NCBI RefSeq assembly: GCF_030684315.1 | Contig: NC_081366.1 | Coordinates: forward strand, 23,317,410-23,381,409 | DNA length: 64,000 nucleotides | Source: Stegostoma tigrinum | Lineage: Eukaryota | Direction of reading: 5' to 3' | Shown here: one piece after another, positions 13,106 to 27,330 of the stretch | How positions within the stretch are numbered: the stretch's first letter is position 1 | Layout of the letters: every line of letters starts with the position of its first letter | Position numbers and translations under genes: made by a program | The notes under the pieces: generated by a model | Seen by the model: only the letters and a program-made list of their open reading frames with translations | What the model was told of the DNA's origin: nothing | The model's database searches: none

Positions 13106-15821
13106 AGTCTGTCAATCCCTCTTCATAGCAGAAACGCTGTATCCCAGGCAAAATATTAGTGAATCTTCTCTGCACCCTCTCTATTGCAATCCTATATCTT
13201 CAATTGTATTCTAGAGTGTGACAACAGTCCTCTGCACTGACCTATGTAATGTCTTGTACAGCGCTATCCTACTGTCTCTGCTCTTGTATGCCACGTCTCA
13301 ACTAACAAAGACGAGTATCCCATGTGCCTTCTTAACCACCTGTCAGTTACCTTCTAGGATCTGCAAATCTGTACGCCAAGCTCCCTCTGATTCTTCTGCA
13401 CTTCCTAGGGCCTTTCCCTTCATCATGAACTCCTTTGCCTTGTTATTCCTCCTAAAATGCCTCACCTCACTTTCAGGATTAATTTTCATTTGCTATTATT
13501 CTGACCATATAACCTGCTTGTCGATATCATGCTGTAATCTAAGACTTTCCTCCTCACTATTAACTAAATCACTAATTGTCATGCCATTTGTGAACTTAGT
13601 ATGCAAACGTCCTATATTCATGTCTAGACTATTACCATGCACTACAAATAGCAAAGGACCCAGCAGTGCAGCAGTGCCTCCTGTAGACACATAGGCTTCA
13701 AAACCCAGTGCATATATTAACCAAACCAACGGAACTTCATGCAGATGTGGTCATCCAGACTGTCAGGAGCATTAACGATTGCCCATTGACTGCAAACCAT
13801 GTAACAAACAGGACTGTGACACATGGCCATAGTTTAGATACATCTTACCCTAAATTTAAGCCAAGTAGAAAATTCATTAGATTTTCTTTAAGAAGAAACT
13901 AGAATGCTTGCTTTTCCTTAACACAACTTTAAAGTGTATTTTTAAAAAACTTGCCCTCTACTTAAGAATCGTCTCACTGTTTTGCAGTGATGCTGCTTTC
14001 ACCAGCCTTTGTGAATGCTGGTGGGATTCTTGTTGTGCTTTACCTGCTGATCTAACTGAGCCCAATCGAGACTTGGCTTTCGGGTTTTATGTGGAAACTC
14101 TGCTGCTACTATTCACACTTTGCCATGGGTCGATCTGATGCTGCTCTGACAGGCTCCACTTCGAGTCAGAATAAACTGTATGCCAGAAAAATCTTAAGTC
14201 CTGAATCCCATTCAGGTTCACTGTGCTAGTCAGTTTCGCAATGATTCTAGTTTTCTGCATGTTCCTCCCACTTTGTGGTGAGATGACTTAGCTCTTTCCA
14301 TTGTCTGCTGATTCCACTGTGTAACATGCAAGCATTTCTGTGTTGTACCACCACCAGGCTCACACACCTCATTCTTAGGTATACCTGGTGTGCCCTGCTG
14401 TACTCTTCTCGAACCACAGTTGATTTCCTGGCTTGATATCAATGGTAGAGTGGGGAATTGTGCTGCGTCACAAGTTTACAGATTGTGGATAAATGCAAGT
14501 CTGCTACTGATGATAACCCACAACACCTGATAGATGCCCAGCTTTCAGTTGCTAGATTGGTTTTAAATCTATCACAGTTAACACAATGTCAGGGCCACAC
14601 AAGATTGAATCCTCATTTCCACAAGTATTATGCAGTGGTTACTCCTATTAATACTGATAGTGATAGGTGCATCTGCAATGGGGGTTAGTGAGGCCAAGGT
14701 CAAGTATATACATTCTGCAGACCAAGTAGCTGTTGTCATAGTCATAGAATACAGACCTCTATTGCTCAGACAAAGGCCTTTTGGCCCATCTCATTGACAC
14801 CAGTCAAAAGCAACCACCTAACTATTCTAATTCTACTTTCTAGCACTTGACCAATAGCTTTGTCGACCTGGCATTGCAAGTGTACATCTACATACTTGTT
14901 AAATGTAATGAGGGTTTCTGCTTCTACCACCCTTATAGACAGTGAGTTCCAGATTCCTACCACCCACTGAGTGAAAAAAAAATCCTCACATCCTGTCTAA
15001 ATCTCCTGTACATTAACCTATTTCTCTTCCCCAATCATTGATCCTGGGCACAATTTATTCCTGTCTATATCCCTCATAATCTTATACATCTCTATCACGT
15101 GCTCTCTTGGTGTCCTCGACTTCAAGGAAAATAACCCCAGTCGATCCAGCCTCACTTTGTGACTAAAACAATCCAGCCCATACAACGTCCTGATAAACCT
15201 CTGTATTCTTCATGCTTTATGGGCTTGGTGTCCTCTGCTGATAATGGTGTTAGCAAGAAACTCTTAGTGATGGACTTCAAAGTTTCCTCACTCAGAATAT
15301 CTTCTGTGTCTTTGCCACACTCAGTGCATCCTCCAATTAATGTTTAGAGTTGGGGGCTGCTAAGGGTTTGGTAAGTATTAATTTGCAGGAGGTTTCCTTG
15401 CCATTTTTGACTCATATGCCATGGAGTGTCTTGCAAATCAGTCAATGTAGAACACTAGGTCAACTCCCTCATGACTATGCCACTTGTAATGTACAATGTA
15501 TGGTTTATGTCTAGTTAATATGATTTGTTTTAGAATTTGGATTTCAAAGTCATGACATGTGAGCTTTGGTCTGTGTGTGTATGGGGAGTTTTAATGATTA
15601 AGTTGCCAGCATGTCTGGAGCATTGATTTTTTTTTAAAAATCAGTACGTGAGAGAAAGATTCTGAGTTGATAAAGGAAATTGGTTCGCATTGAGAGAGTT
15701 TTATGAATGAACAAAGTAAACATTGAGCAGCATTAGTTTCTTTCTGTTCAGGAGAATTTGGATTCTATTTTGCTCAGGGGAAAGCAACATAGTTTGGAAA
15801 CAGATAGTAGGAACTGCAGAT

Positions 15822-15930
15822 GCTGGAGAATCTGAGACGACAAGGTGTAGAGCTGGATGAACACAGCAGGCCAAGCAGCATCAGAGGAGCAGGAAAGCTG
15901 ACGTTTCGGGTCTAAACCCTTCATCAGAAG
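15822..15930 (-). mobile_element. Penelope family A terminal fragment with intact hammerhead core
   Basis: Reverse complement reads cttCTGATGAagggtttagacccGAAACGTCagc (15897-15930). Confidence 0.8.
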
Positions 15931-16109
15931 TCAATTTCCTTTGGAACTGGAGGATGCATTGAGTGTGGCAAAGACACAGAAGACATTCTAGGTGAGGGAA
16001 CTTTGAAGCCCATCACCGAGAGTTTCTTGCTAGCACTATTATCAACCGAGAACACCGAGCCCTAAAGCATGAAGAGTACAGAGATTTATCAGGACGTTGT
16101 ATTTTCCTT

Positions 16110-16460
16110 AATAGAGGTTTATAAAAGCATGAGGGGCATGGATAGGGTAAATAGACAAGGGGAGTCCAAACTAGAGGTCACAGGTTTAAGGTCAGAGGGA
16201 AAAGATTTAAAAGAGGCTTAAGTGGCAACTTTTTTTCAAGCAGAGCTTGGTGTGTGTACGGAATGAGCTGCCAGAGGAAGTGGTAGAGGCTGGTACAATT
16301 ACAACATTAAAAGGTATCTGGGTGGGTATATGAATGGGAAGAAATGAGGGATACAGGCCGAATGCTGACAAACGGGACTGGATTAATTTAGGATATCTAA
16401 TCAGCATGGACAAATTGGACCAAAGGGTCTGTTTCCATGCTGAACATCCCTATAACTTTA
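16110..16460 (+). mobile_element. CR1 LINE 3' end
   Basis: agaggtttataaa..ggatagggtaaatag..ggaatgagctgccagaggaagtggtagaggc and tail ggaccaaagggtctgtttccatgctg. Confidence 0.75.
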
Positions 16461-17832
16461 TGGTTAGTGTTATTGTAGTTTGACAAGAGTAGTTTGTTAG
16501 GCTGTTTCAAAGGGCATTAATATTACTGATGGTCGAGAGTCACATATATAGGCCACAGCATGAGTAAGAATGACACATTGCTTTTCGGATGGGTATTAGT
16601 GAAGCAGATTATTATGAAATTTATAATCTTCATATGGGTTTTTATAGCAATCAATGGTTATTACTATTACTGAGACGAGGTTTTGTTTCCAGATTTATTA
16701 GTTGAAGTTGAATGTCACAAGACATTACGAACCATGTCCCCAGAACGTTAGTGTGTGTTTCTTAATAACTAACCCAGTGACGATGCCTACATACCAATAC
16801 CTCCATTTACTATGCTGAAGGCCATTTTTGCCAGAATGCAGAGGGAACCAGGAAGTGGAAAAATCTGCTTGAACTCATCTTTCCAAATCTACCTGCCACA
16901 GGTGCATCTGTCCAAACCAATCATTATTCTGACTTGGAAATATATCGCCATTCCTTCACTCAGTACTTAAAATCATTGTGGATGTATTCACGCCAAATAG
17001 ACTGCAGCAGTTTAAGAAGACAGCTCACCACCAAGAGCACCTAGGATTTGGCAATAAATGCTAGTCCAGCCAGCAAAACCCACATCCCCTGGATTGCCAG
17101 ATCACCCATGATCCCATTGAATAATGAGGCAGACTTGAATGACTGAATGGCCTACTTCTGCTCTGACATCATATGGTCTTATTGTATTAGAGAAATGATA
17201 ACTGTTCTATCCTCATGGAAACAAAATCCTGTCTTCATACTGAGAACATCTACTGTCACTTTGTGTGGCTTAACAGCTTGTTAAATAAGAGAGATTCCAA
17301 GCACTACAGAGGCTCAACACTGAATATTCTTGAGATGATCTGAGCCACCAACAATATCGGAAATATACTTGACCTCAATCTGTTACCTCTTTGTACAGTA
17401 TGTCCCTCATACAACGCGACTAAAGATCAACCCTAATTGAAAGAGAATTGTTTAAGTAGCATACCAAGAGCAGCACCAGGCATGTTGAAAACAAAATGTG
17501 CCAAACTTAAGTTACAACAGTAGGAGCAGTATACTATGGAGAGAGCTAGGTACTCCCCACAAACAATGGATGAGATCAAAGCACTGCTGATATGTCACAT
17601 CGGTCATGAATGGTGATTTACAGTTAAACACCAATGTCACTGCCTCAGTTTAAAATTCTGTCTCATGTCTTGCTGCATGGTGATGCAAACATGTTAATTA
17701 TGTAGAGTTCTTGTTAGAGCTAACGCTATGCAATCATCACTGGATAATCCCACCTGTCATTTTATGATGCAAGGAATGCCATCGATGCAGCAGTTGGAGA
17801 TGTTTGAACCCTAGGGCCAGCCTGGAGGCAGT

Positions 17833-18770
17833 CAAAGAACAAAGAAAATTACAGTACAGGAACATGCCCTTCGGTCTCCAAGCCTGCACCGACATGCTGC
17901 CCGTCACAAATGAAATCCCCTACCCTTCCAGGGACCGTATCCCTCTATTCCCATCCTATTCCTGCATTTGTCAAGAAACCCTTTAAAAGTCACTGTCATA
18001 TCTGCTTCCTCTATCTTCCCGGCAATGATTTCCAGGCTCCCACCACTCTATGTGTAAAAAAAACTTGCCTCACACATCACATCTAAACCTTGCCCCTTGG
18101 ACTTTAAAACTATGGCGCCTAGTAACTGACTCTTCCACCCTGGGAAAAAGCTTCTAACTGTCCAGTCTGTCCATGCCCTTCATAATTTTGTAGACCTCTA
18201 TCAGGTCACCCGTCAGCCTCCATTGTTCCAGTGAGAACAACCCAAGTTTCTTTAACCTCTCCTTATGGCTAATGTTCTCCATATCAGGCCACCATATCCT
18301 TCTGGTAGTTTGGTGACCAGAATTGAACACAATATTCCAAATGCGGCCTAATTAATGTTCTACAAAGCTGCAACATTACCTGCCAATTTTTAAACTCAGT
18401 GCCCCGGCTGATGAAGGCAAGGATGCCGTATGCCTTGTTGAATACCTTCTCCACCTACATTGTCACTTTCAGTGACCTGTCTACCTGTACACCCAGATCC
18501 CTCTGCCTATCGATACTCTTAAGGGGTTCTGCCATTTATTGGATATTTTCCATCTGGATTAGACCTTCCAAAATGCATTACCTCACATTATTCCGGATTA
18601 AACTCCATCTGCCATTTCTCTGCCCAAGTCACCAACCAGTCTATATTCTGCAGTATCCCCTGAAGGTCCTCATCACTGCCCACAATTCCACTGACCTTTG
18701 TGTCACCTGCAAACTTCCCAATCTGACCAGTTATATTTTCTTCCAAATCATTTATATTTATTACAAATAG
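17833..18770 (-). mobile_element. CR1 LINE 3' fragment
   Basis: Tail caaagaacaaagaa; reverse complement encodes RPHLEYCVQFWSP and the RT C-terminus. Confidence 0.8.
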
Positions 18771-19074
18771 TCCTGTTATGACTTTGTCAGGTTTGATAAT
18801 TGCCCTCCAACAACCACAGAATTTTCCTTTGTGGCCAATATGACTCAGTTTTCCACTAGTTCCTACTGATTTCAGTTTTACTGGAGATCTTTGATAGCAC
18901 AGTTTTTCAAATACTACTTTGTCACTGAGCTCTTCAAGTACTCAGTTGATGCTTGGTACTAGACTGTTCTGGTGGTAAGCTGGTAGATAGGATTTGTTCT
19001 CCTTTTTATGGGGAGGATGTACCTGGGACTTCATTAAATTTGTTGGGTTAAAAACCAGTCTTGTACCCGTATTG

Positions 19075-19297
19075 ATGTAGAGCTGGATGAACACAGCAGG
19101 CCAAGCAGCATCAGAGGAGCAGGAAGGCTGATGTTTCGGGCCTAGACCCTTCTTCAGAAATGGAGGCCCTTCTGAAGAAGGGTCTAGGCCGAAAATGTCA
19201 GCCTTCCTGATCCTCTGATGTTGCTTGGCCTGCTGTGTTCATCCAGCTCTAAATCTTAAAATCCCAGATTCTCCAGCATCTGCAGTTCCTACTATCT
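19075..19297. mobile_element. Fold-back (inverted) pair of Penelope family A termini
   Basis: Arms about 19075-19159 and 19170-19254 are reverse complements; diverged flanking duplication ttgtacccgtattg / ttgtagctgtattg. Confidence 0.8.
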
Positions 19298-19419
19298 TTG
19301 TAGCTGTATTGTAATGGTTTGGCTGGAATGTGGTTAGTGTGCAACAGAGGCCTTCAGCACTGTCAATTGAACATTATCAGGACCAATGCTCATAATTTAA
19401 CCCTTTCAACTGTGTTCCA

Positions 19420-19763
19420 TTCTGATGAACCTGGACTATACTTGCTCAAAGATCACCCCACATTTACTCTCTTCCACCTTCTAAAGGCAGAAGGTACAAA
19501 AATTTGAGAACATATACCAACAGAATGAAGAACAGCTCTTTCCCTGCTGTTATCAGACTGATGAACAGATCTCTCATATATTATAGTTGATTATTTTCTG
19601 CATCTTCTCTGTGGCTGTAACACTATATTCTGCATTCTATATTGTTACCCTGATGTATTTACGTAAGGTAAGATTTGCCTGGTTAGCATGCAGAGCAATA
19701 TTTTTCACTGTAGCTTGATACATGTAACGATAAAAAAATCAAATCAAATCAAATCAAATCAAA
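19420..19763 (+). mobile_element. Rex1/Babar LINE 3' end with (AATCA)n tail
   Basis: GRRYKNLRTYTNRMKNS-like terminal coding segment; aaatc repeats at about 19736-19763. Confidence 0.7.
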
Positions 19764-21169
19764 TGCATTGTTCCTGAGGTACAGTATTTTAGAACTGAAT
19801 TCAATATTCTGAATGGAGCCAGCAGACTTTACACAGCTAATATAATTTTTATTGCTTTGTATTCAACTTTTTGAGATAAAGTTCAACATTCCATTAGATT
19901 TTTACATTATCTTTTAAATCCATTAAATTTTCGTGATTTTTGTAGTAGGACTGCTCAGTTTCTCTGTTCCTTCACAGTTCCTAGAATGTAACCATTTAGC
20001 AAATACTCTTATCACTCTTTCTTAGGTCTGAAAACAATAGTGTCCCATCTTTCTGCATTAATTTGCACCTACTGCAGTTTTGCCTGCTCAATTAGTCTAC
20101 CAAACTTTTTTTCTGGCATCCTTATAAGCAAAGACTCATCAGTGTTGCTTTGTAAATTTCTCCCTCCATCTGCCAATTAACTTGATGCAGTCAGAAAATT
20201 TGGGTGTATAACTCCATATTCCTTCATTAAAGTGGAGCATTCACTGAATACTGGAATAAATTGATAGCCAAGATTATATGCACAAATCTCCCAAGTGATA
20301 TTTGAACACACAGGTTTACAATGCTGCAACAAGAGTGTAACCACTGACCCTCATTTGAAACTTTATACCAACAGTATCCTTCTAATTTTCAGTTCTGTCA
20401 TTAACCAAATATTGTGGCAAAGTAATTTAAAACAATTATTCAACATAATTGTCAAACATCATCAAATCAGTTATACTAATACGTGGGAATAATCATTTTT
20501 CAGGTATTGATAATTCTTGTATTGTTAGTTTTTTACTCCTATCATATGGAAGCGTAGAATTTTATAATACAGTGGAAGGTGTGCTAGGTCTGTAGTATAA
20601 CACTCCACTTGTTTCAGATAAATACATTTTCCCCTGCCGCCTTAATTTTATATTGTTCAAATATTTATCCAACTTCTTTTCACAAGCTATTGTACATTCT
20701 ACCTCTGCCATATTTTCTGCACAAAAAGAAAGAATTAGCCCATGAGTCCAGAAACTCAGCCAACGTCCTGGAGACCCTTGTTTGAATCCTACCAATTAAT
20801 AAAAACATCTGAATTTAAGAACAATGACCATGAAGCCATTGTCAGCTGGAAGACTAATATTCTTCAGGGAAGGAAGTCCGCCACGCTTACCTGGTCTGGC
20901 CTACTTGTGACTCCATACCTAGAGCAATGTGGTTGACTCTCAACTACCCTTTGGGCAATTAGGGATGGGCAATGACTGCTGGCCAAGCCAGTGGTGCCTA
21001 CATCCTGTGAATAAAAAAAAAATTATTGTGAGTATGCCGACAGCTCAAGGACTGCAGCAGCCTACTATCACTTTCTTCAAGGGCAACTAGGAGATGGACA
21101 ATAAAAGCTGGCCCATTCAGAACACTCATTATTCCATCAACATTTAAAAGAAAATATTCCCGTGAGGCA

Positions 21170-22400
21170 CAAATGTCCAAAGGGGATGTTGAATCAAGAA
21201 TGGCTAATGAAAGAACTTAAAGGTTGCATTAAATAATAGGATGTTGCTTATAAGGATGCCAGAATAGAAGTGTTAAGCTTGAGGACTGACATCAATTCAG
21301 AGCCTAGTAAAAGAGGATCAAGAAAACCATAAGAAGTAAAACCAATATAAATGCAAGCTAGTGAGAAACAAAGAGGCAGACAGTACAAGCTTCTTTCGAT
21401 GCATGAAAAGAAAAAGATCAGCTAGAACAAAACTAGGTCCATTACAGGCAAAGAAGAAAATTTATACTGGAGAACAGGGAAATTGTGAGGAAATTAAATA
21501 ATTACTTGTTTGTATTAATAAAAAAGATGAAAAAGCTCCCAGAAATACTTGGCAAACACGGGATTTGTGGAAGTGAAATAAATTAGTATTAATAAAGTGG
21601 TAGTTCTAAAAAGGTTAGCTGGATTGATGGTGAATAAATCCACTGGACCAGGGATGCATTAGTAGTAATCTTTCAAAATCATTTAGATTCTGGTGAGATT
21701 TCTGAAAACTGAAAAGTAGTAACTGTACTGCTACAATTCAAGAATGGAGAACTACAAATCTGTAAGCTTGATGTCAATAGTAGGGAAAATGTTTGAACCT
21801 GTAATAAAGGATATAATAAATGGACACAGAAAAGAATGGTAAACACATTCAGACTCAACATAGATTTATGAAAGGAAAATCCAGTTTGTCAAACGTGTTT
21901 GTGTTTTTTTGAAGATGTTACTTATATCATAGATAAAAGAGAACCAGTGATTGCAGTGTAATTTGGATTCACAGTAGGTTATTGATAAGGCCAACAAAAG
22001 AGGTTAATAAACCACAAGAGGCTTGTGGGATTGGGGTAATATACAAGTGTGAGTTAAGAATTGATTAACAAACAGAAAACGAACAGTAGGAGTTGGATCT
22101 AGGCCCGAAACATCAGCTTTTGTGCTCCTGAGATGCTGCTTGGCCTGCTGTGCTCATCCAGCTTCACACTTTATTATCTTAGTAGGAGTTAATCGATCAT
22201 TCTCGGGACTGCAAATAGTTGGAATGATCATTGCCAGGTTCATAGATGTTCAAAACCTTTGAAAAGATTTAGATTAAGGACCAATTATAATATTTTCAAA
22301 TTTTTTGATGATGTCAAATTGAGTGGCTAGATATGTTGTGAGGAGCATGCAAGGAGGCTTCAAGAGGACTTGGACAACAAATGGCTAAAACATAGCTAAT
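21170..22400 (+). mobile_element. Highly decayed CR1 RT region
   Basis: Remnants such as NKSTGP, HRFMKGKSSLSN..FFEDVT, VYLD and KFFDDVKL across frames. Confidence 0.65.
22095..22180 (+). mobile_element. Truncated Penelope family A terminus inserted in a CR1 relic
   Basis: Starts within hammerhead stem II; duplication agtaggagtt at 22085-22094 and 22181-22190. Confidence 0.8.
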
Positions 22401-22444
22401 GAAATATCATGTGTGTGTGAACTTATCCACCTCGGTTGCAAAAA

Positions 22445-23600
22445 TGAAAGGACTAAGGTATCCCACAACTAACAGATTAGATCTAAGTTCTGCAGTCCTG
22501 CCACCTCCGGCCATGAATGGTGGTGGAGAATTAAACAACTGATTGGAAGAGGAGGCTTCACAATTATCCCCAACCAAAACAATGGAAGAACCCAACACAA
22601 CAATGTAAAAGACAAGGCTGAAGCATTCGCAGCAATCTTCAGCCAGAAGTCCCAAGTAGATGATCCATCTTAGCCTGCTCTGGTGGTCCCCAGCATTATA
22701 GATATTGGCCTTCAGCTAACTTGATTCACTCCACGTGATATCAAGAAATAGTTGAAGGCATTGTAAATGCTATGGGCATTGGCAACATTCCAGCAATAGT
22801 ACTGAAGACTTGTGTTCCAGAACTTGCTGCTCACCTAGCCAGGCTCTTCTAGTACAGTTAGGATAACGTGGATAATTGCCCAAGTATGTTCTGTATATAA
22901 AAAGCTGGACAAATCCAATCTGGCTAATTACTGTCCATCAGTCAACTGTCGATCATCTGTAAAGTGGTGGAAAGTGTCATCAACAGTGTATTAAACAGAG
23001 CCTACTCAGCAATCGCCTGCTCCGTCATGCCCAGTTTGGCTTCTGCCAGGGCCACTCAGTTCCTGACCTCATTACAGCCTTGGTTCAAACATTGATAAAA
23101 ACGCTGTATTTTAGAGGTGAGGTGCGAGTGACAGCCTTTGACATCAAGGCTGCATTTGAACAAATGTGACACCAAGGATCCTGAACAAAACTGGTATCAA
23201 TGAGAAGCAGGTGACAAACTCGTTGCTGGTCGGAGTGATACCATGGTCAGTAACAGCAGTAGAGGCTATCTGTAAGATGCCCTGCGGACATTTTTCAAAT
23301 TCCTTATACAGCACCTTCCAAACCCATTCTTTTTCCATCTACAAGGACAAGAGCAGCAAATAAATGGGAAAACCACCATAATCCCATTTGTCATCCTAAT
23401 TTGGAAATATATTGCCGTTCCTTTATTGTCTCTATATCAAAATCCTGGATTTCCCTCCCTAGGGGCCTTGTGGGTCTGCCTACAGAACATGGACTGCCAT
23501 AGTTCACGAAGGCAACTCACCACCACTTTCTCAAGGGCAATGGGGACAGGGAATAAATGCTGACCCAGCCAGCAGTAGCCATGTCCCACAAGTGAATAAC
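22445..23600 (+). mobile_element. LINE RT fragment with internal deletion and 3' tail shared with local SINEs
   Basis: QFGFCQGHSVPDLITALVQT and VTAFDIKAAFE RT motifs; tail aagggcaa..aataaatgctgacccagccag. Confidence 0.7.
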
Positions 23601-25090
23601 AAGAAGGAAAAGAAAATTTAGGTTGAATTATTTTCCTATAATCGAGCTTTCTAAAAATATTCTTTAATGTGTCTTACAGCAGTTTAAAGGGAAAAGTGTA
23701 CGTTTATAATTTTCATGTTTTATTATACCGGCTAACCACATTAAAGATGCTGTTAAACGGATACTAAAGATCAGAGATCCACAAGTTGAAATGCCAACAC
23801 TCTGGTGCTTGTTTGAACAAAGAATATCTACTTTGGCTTAATTCCGAACTCTACTATTTCTCCTGTGTGAGGACTGTGGTTAAGTTGTAAAATTATTTAA
23901 TATAATATATAATGTTGACATTACAGCGACAGACTCCAAAGGGGTCTCAATGCCCTTTTAAGATAATCAAGCTAAGAACACTTCCCATAATGTTTTACTG
24001 CCAAGTACCTTTGAAATGTAGGAAGTGTTGTAATGCAGGGAGCATCACCTGTCTGAGTTCTTTACTGATAGTTGGCTCTCAATTAAGTTCCAATAAAATT
24101 ACAATGATTGTCATTCGGCTGTCATCCATTGCGACACAGGCTTCTGTGTAAGCAGAATAAAAGTAAAATTAGTGTCAACAGATTCCACTTTATAAAGCGG
24201 TTATGTGGGACTGATAAATGTGTTCTTTTGGAGAGAATTAAGATTAAGCATATGCATTAAAACCATGATGGTAATTAGTGAGGTAGGTAGATACAGAGAA
24301 GTTATTATTATGGAATTAGAATTCATAAGTAAAAGTTCAGGAAATGTTGACTTTATCTAACTTATTGAGTTACTTCTTAATAGTTAAAATATATTAACAC
24401 TACAGCTTTGATATCAGAAAGATGTGATTTCACTTTAAGTCATAGAAGCATAGGATGGGGTAAACAATTCAGCCCTCAAAGCTATTTCCTGATTCATTTA
24501 TATCATGGCTGATCTGTACCTTGATCTCATTTACCCTCTCCCTTGATCCTCTTGCCTAACAATGTTCAAATGATTTCTGTCATAAGTGTTTGATCATTCC
24601 CAGATTTTATGTGGGGCATAACTCCCAAACTTTCACAATAATTTCTCCTTAAAATATTTGCTGGCTTCTCTCCTAAATGCCCAGCTTTAATTTTAAAATC
24701 ATACCCACTAATGAATTACCCACTAGAGGAAATAGTTTCTCCATATATGCCATGGCATTCCTTACTCATTTTAATTGCATTGATTAAATAATCTTTCAAC
24801 TAAATTTAAGCCACATTTCTGCAACCTGGCCACAAACTTTAACCTTTTCAGCCTGGTTATCGTTCTGGTACTATAACGCATCCAAGGCCACAATTTCTTT
24901 CCTACGGTTCCACGGTGGACAGAAACTGAATGCAATAATCCGGCAATGTCTGACAAAGGCTCTGTACAGGAAGTATCACTTTCTTCCCTCTGAATTGCAA
25001 CACTTTTAAGATACAACCCAAGATAAGGGGATGCTAATATTTTTGAAATATTACTGACTCATTGTCCAGAGAGCTGAACTAATGCTACAG

Positions 25091-25207
25091 GGTCTAGGCC
25101 CGAAACATCAGCTTTTGTGCTTCAGAGATGCTGCTTGGCCTGCTGTGTTCATCCAGCTTCACACTTTATTATCTTGGATTCTCCAGCATCTGCAGTTCCC
25201 ATTATCT
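25091..25207 (+). mobile_element. Truncated Penelope family A terminus inserted in a SINE
   Basis: Starts within stem II; duplication ctaatgctacag at 25079-25090 and 25208-25219. Confidence 0.8.
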
Positions 25208-26604
25208 CTAATGCTACAGAGATAAGGTTTCAAACAACACCACAGCAGGTGGTGGAGTTTAAAGCAAATGCATTAATACAATTGTAAAAAATGAATTGTT
25301 GTCAAAAGTCATCCGATTTACTAATAAACTGCAGGGGAAGAAATTTTTAGTCTTTTTCCCAGCTGGTCTATACATAATCTTACATCCTAGGAGTTGACTC
25401 CAGACTGCCCTCTGAAGTGCCTAAGCATGCCAACCAGTTGTAGATGGCTTGTTATCAAAAGCAATCAGAGCTCAGAAATAAATGCTGGCTTTGCAATGTG
25501 GTGCTCGCATCCTAAGAATGAATTTATAAGCAAATTGGCTTTTTGATTATATTTTGTGCTTGTGCATTAGATATTAGTGATTTGTGTGCATGAGTAACTA
25601 AACCCTTTGGCTTCTCTACAGTTCCATGTCTAATCCTTAATAAAATATTCTGAACTGTGTTGTTCAGATTTAAAGTGGATAGCTTTGCATTTGCCCACCT
25701 CAAATTCTACTATTAATTGCTTGTTGGCTTAGACTAAGCCTAAATGATGGATTAACACCACACAGCAACATTTATTTATGTGGCACATTAAATGTAGTAA
25801 TATGTCCAAAAGCACTTAACAGGTACATTATGAAACAAATATATCTGAGCTAGGATAGATCTAATAGGAGAGGTTAGATCAAATGATCAAAAGCTGGGTG
25901 TACCAGGTAATTTTGAAGTAAAATGAGGTAGAGAGGTAGAAGGAGGTAATTCCAAAGTTTACAGCCTAGGCAGCTGAAGGTAAAAGCAAAAATGACGGAG
26001 TGGTTAAAATCCGGGCTGTTTAAGAGACCAGGATTAGAAGACAAATGTATCATTAAGGCTTGTAGGGTTGGAGGAGATTACCGAGATGGATGTGAGGCAT
26101 TTTGAAAATTGAGAGATTGCTTAACCAGGAGATAAAACATAGGAGTGATAGTGGAATAGGGAAAATTGAATTCAAATTTCACCATCTGCCATGCCAGTGT
26201 TCTAACTGACATCCTTAGAATATTTAGTTTGCGTTCTGAATTGTTAGCCCAGTGACATTTCCACTTGTGCATTCAGCCTGGAAGATAGATGGGGGCTTTA
26301 TGAGTTTTGGATGCCGTGAAGTTTACGGTAGGTAGAATGTGAGACACCATCTGGGAGTGTACTTTAAAATTCAAATGTAGTAGTAACTAGAGCACGAACC
26401 AGGGTTTCAGAATCAAATGAGCTGAGACAGAGGTGAAGTTGGGCAATATATTTTCATTTGTTCATGGGATGCGGCCCTCACTGGCTAGGATAGTACTTAC
26501 AGCCAATCCCTGATTGTGAAAAGGGAAGTTAAGAGTAAGAGTTGGGTCTGGAGTCATATGTAGGCCAGACCAGATAAGGATGCCACATTGTAAACCAAAG
26601 GCCT

Positions 26605-26840
26605 CTGGATGCTGGAAATCTGAAACACAAACAGAAATTGCTTTTAAAAACTGAGCAGGTCTTGCAGCATCTGTGGAGAGGAAATAGAGTTGACATTTCT
26701 TCAGAGCTAAAGTTCTAGCTTAGAACTTCAGAACTATGCCTAGATCTGAGGATGAGTTACCAGACCCGAAAAGTTAATTTTACTTTCTGTCCACAGATAC
26801 TTCCAGACCTGTTGAGTCTTTAACACCAATGCTGTTTTTG
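26605..26840. repeat. Family C fold-back repeat with decayed hammerhead (ctgaggatgagttaccagacccgaaaagtta)
   Basis: Inverted arms plus CTGAGGA...GAAA core at about 26746-26776. Confidence 0.55.
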
Positions 26841-26999
26841 TGAGCGTTGAGATTTTCCTTCCCTAAAGAACATTAGTGAACCTGATATCTTTTTAACAAT
26901 TCATACTTGCTACATGATTACTATTAGATTAGCCTTTATTTACAACTTTTTTTTATTGTGACCAAATTTGCAAACAAACTGGTTTAATCGCAGACAATT

Positions 27000-27330
27000 G
27001 GGTGAAGGATAGAATCATTGATTAGGGAACTGCTTCAGTGTTCTCAATATATAATTGCAAGAAATTTGGCTCAGCCAGTATAGGATGTCTCATAAGCAGT
27101 CCATTATTTAGCAACAGTGGAGAAGTCAAAACAGGAAGTGTAGAGGTAGAGCTGAGTGTTGTCAGTGTATGTGTGAAAACTAATGCTGGTCTTTTTGATT
27201 TTGCTAATGGGAATTAGGAAAAAGTCAAGGATCGATCCTTGGGTGGCACCAGTGTAATGATGCAGGAGCAGGAAGAGAAGCCATTGCAAGTGGTTCTCTG
27301 GCTACAATTAGATGGATAAGAATAGAACCA
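27000..27330 (-). mobile_element. L2 LINE RT fragment
   Basis: ORF 27104-27289: GATQGSIL..FHTYTDNTQLYL, resembling L2 GVPQGSILGP..HCYADDTQLYL. Confidence 0.65.

Larger units (their letters stand above)
12460..13690 (-). mobile_element. CR1-type LINE 3' fragment interrupted by two Penelope pieces (12770-13105)
   Basis: ORF 13496-13729 (LGPLLFVV..KFTNGMTI..LRLQHDIDK) is CR1 RT; a CR1 3' UTR lies at 12460-12770. Confidence 0.7.
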
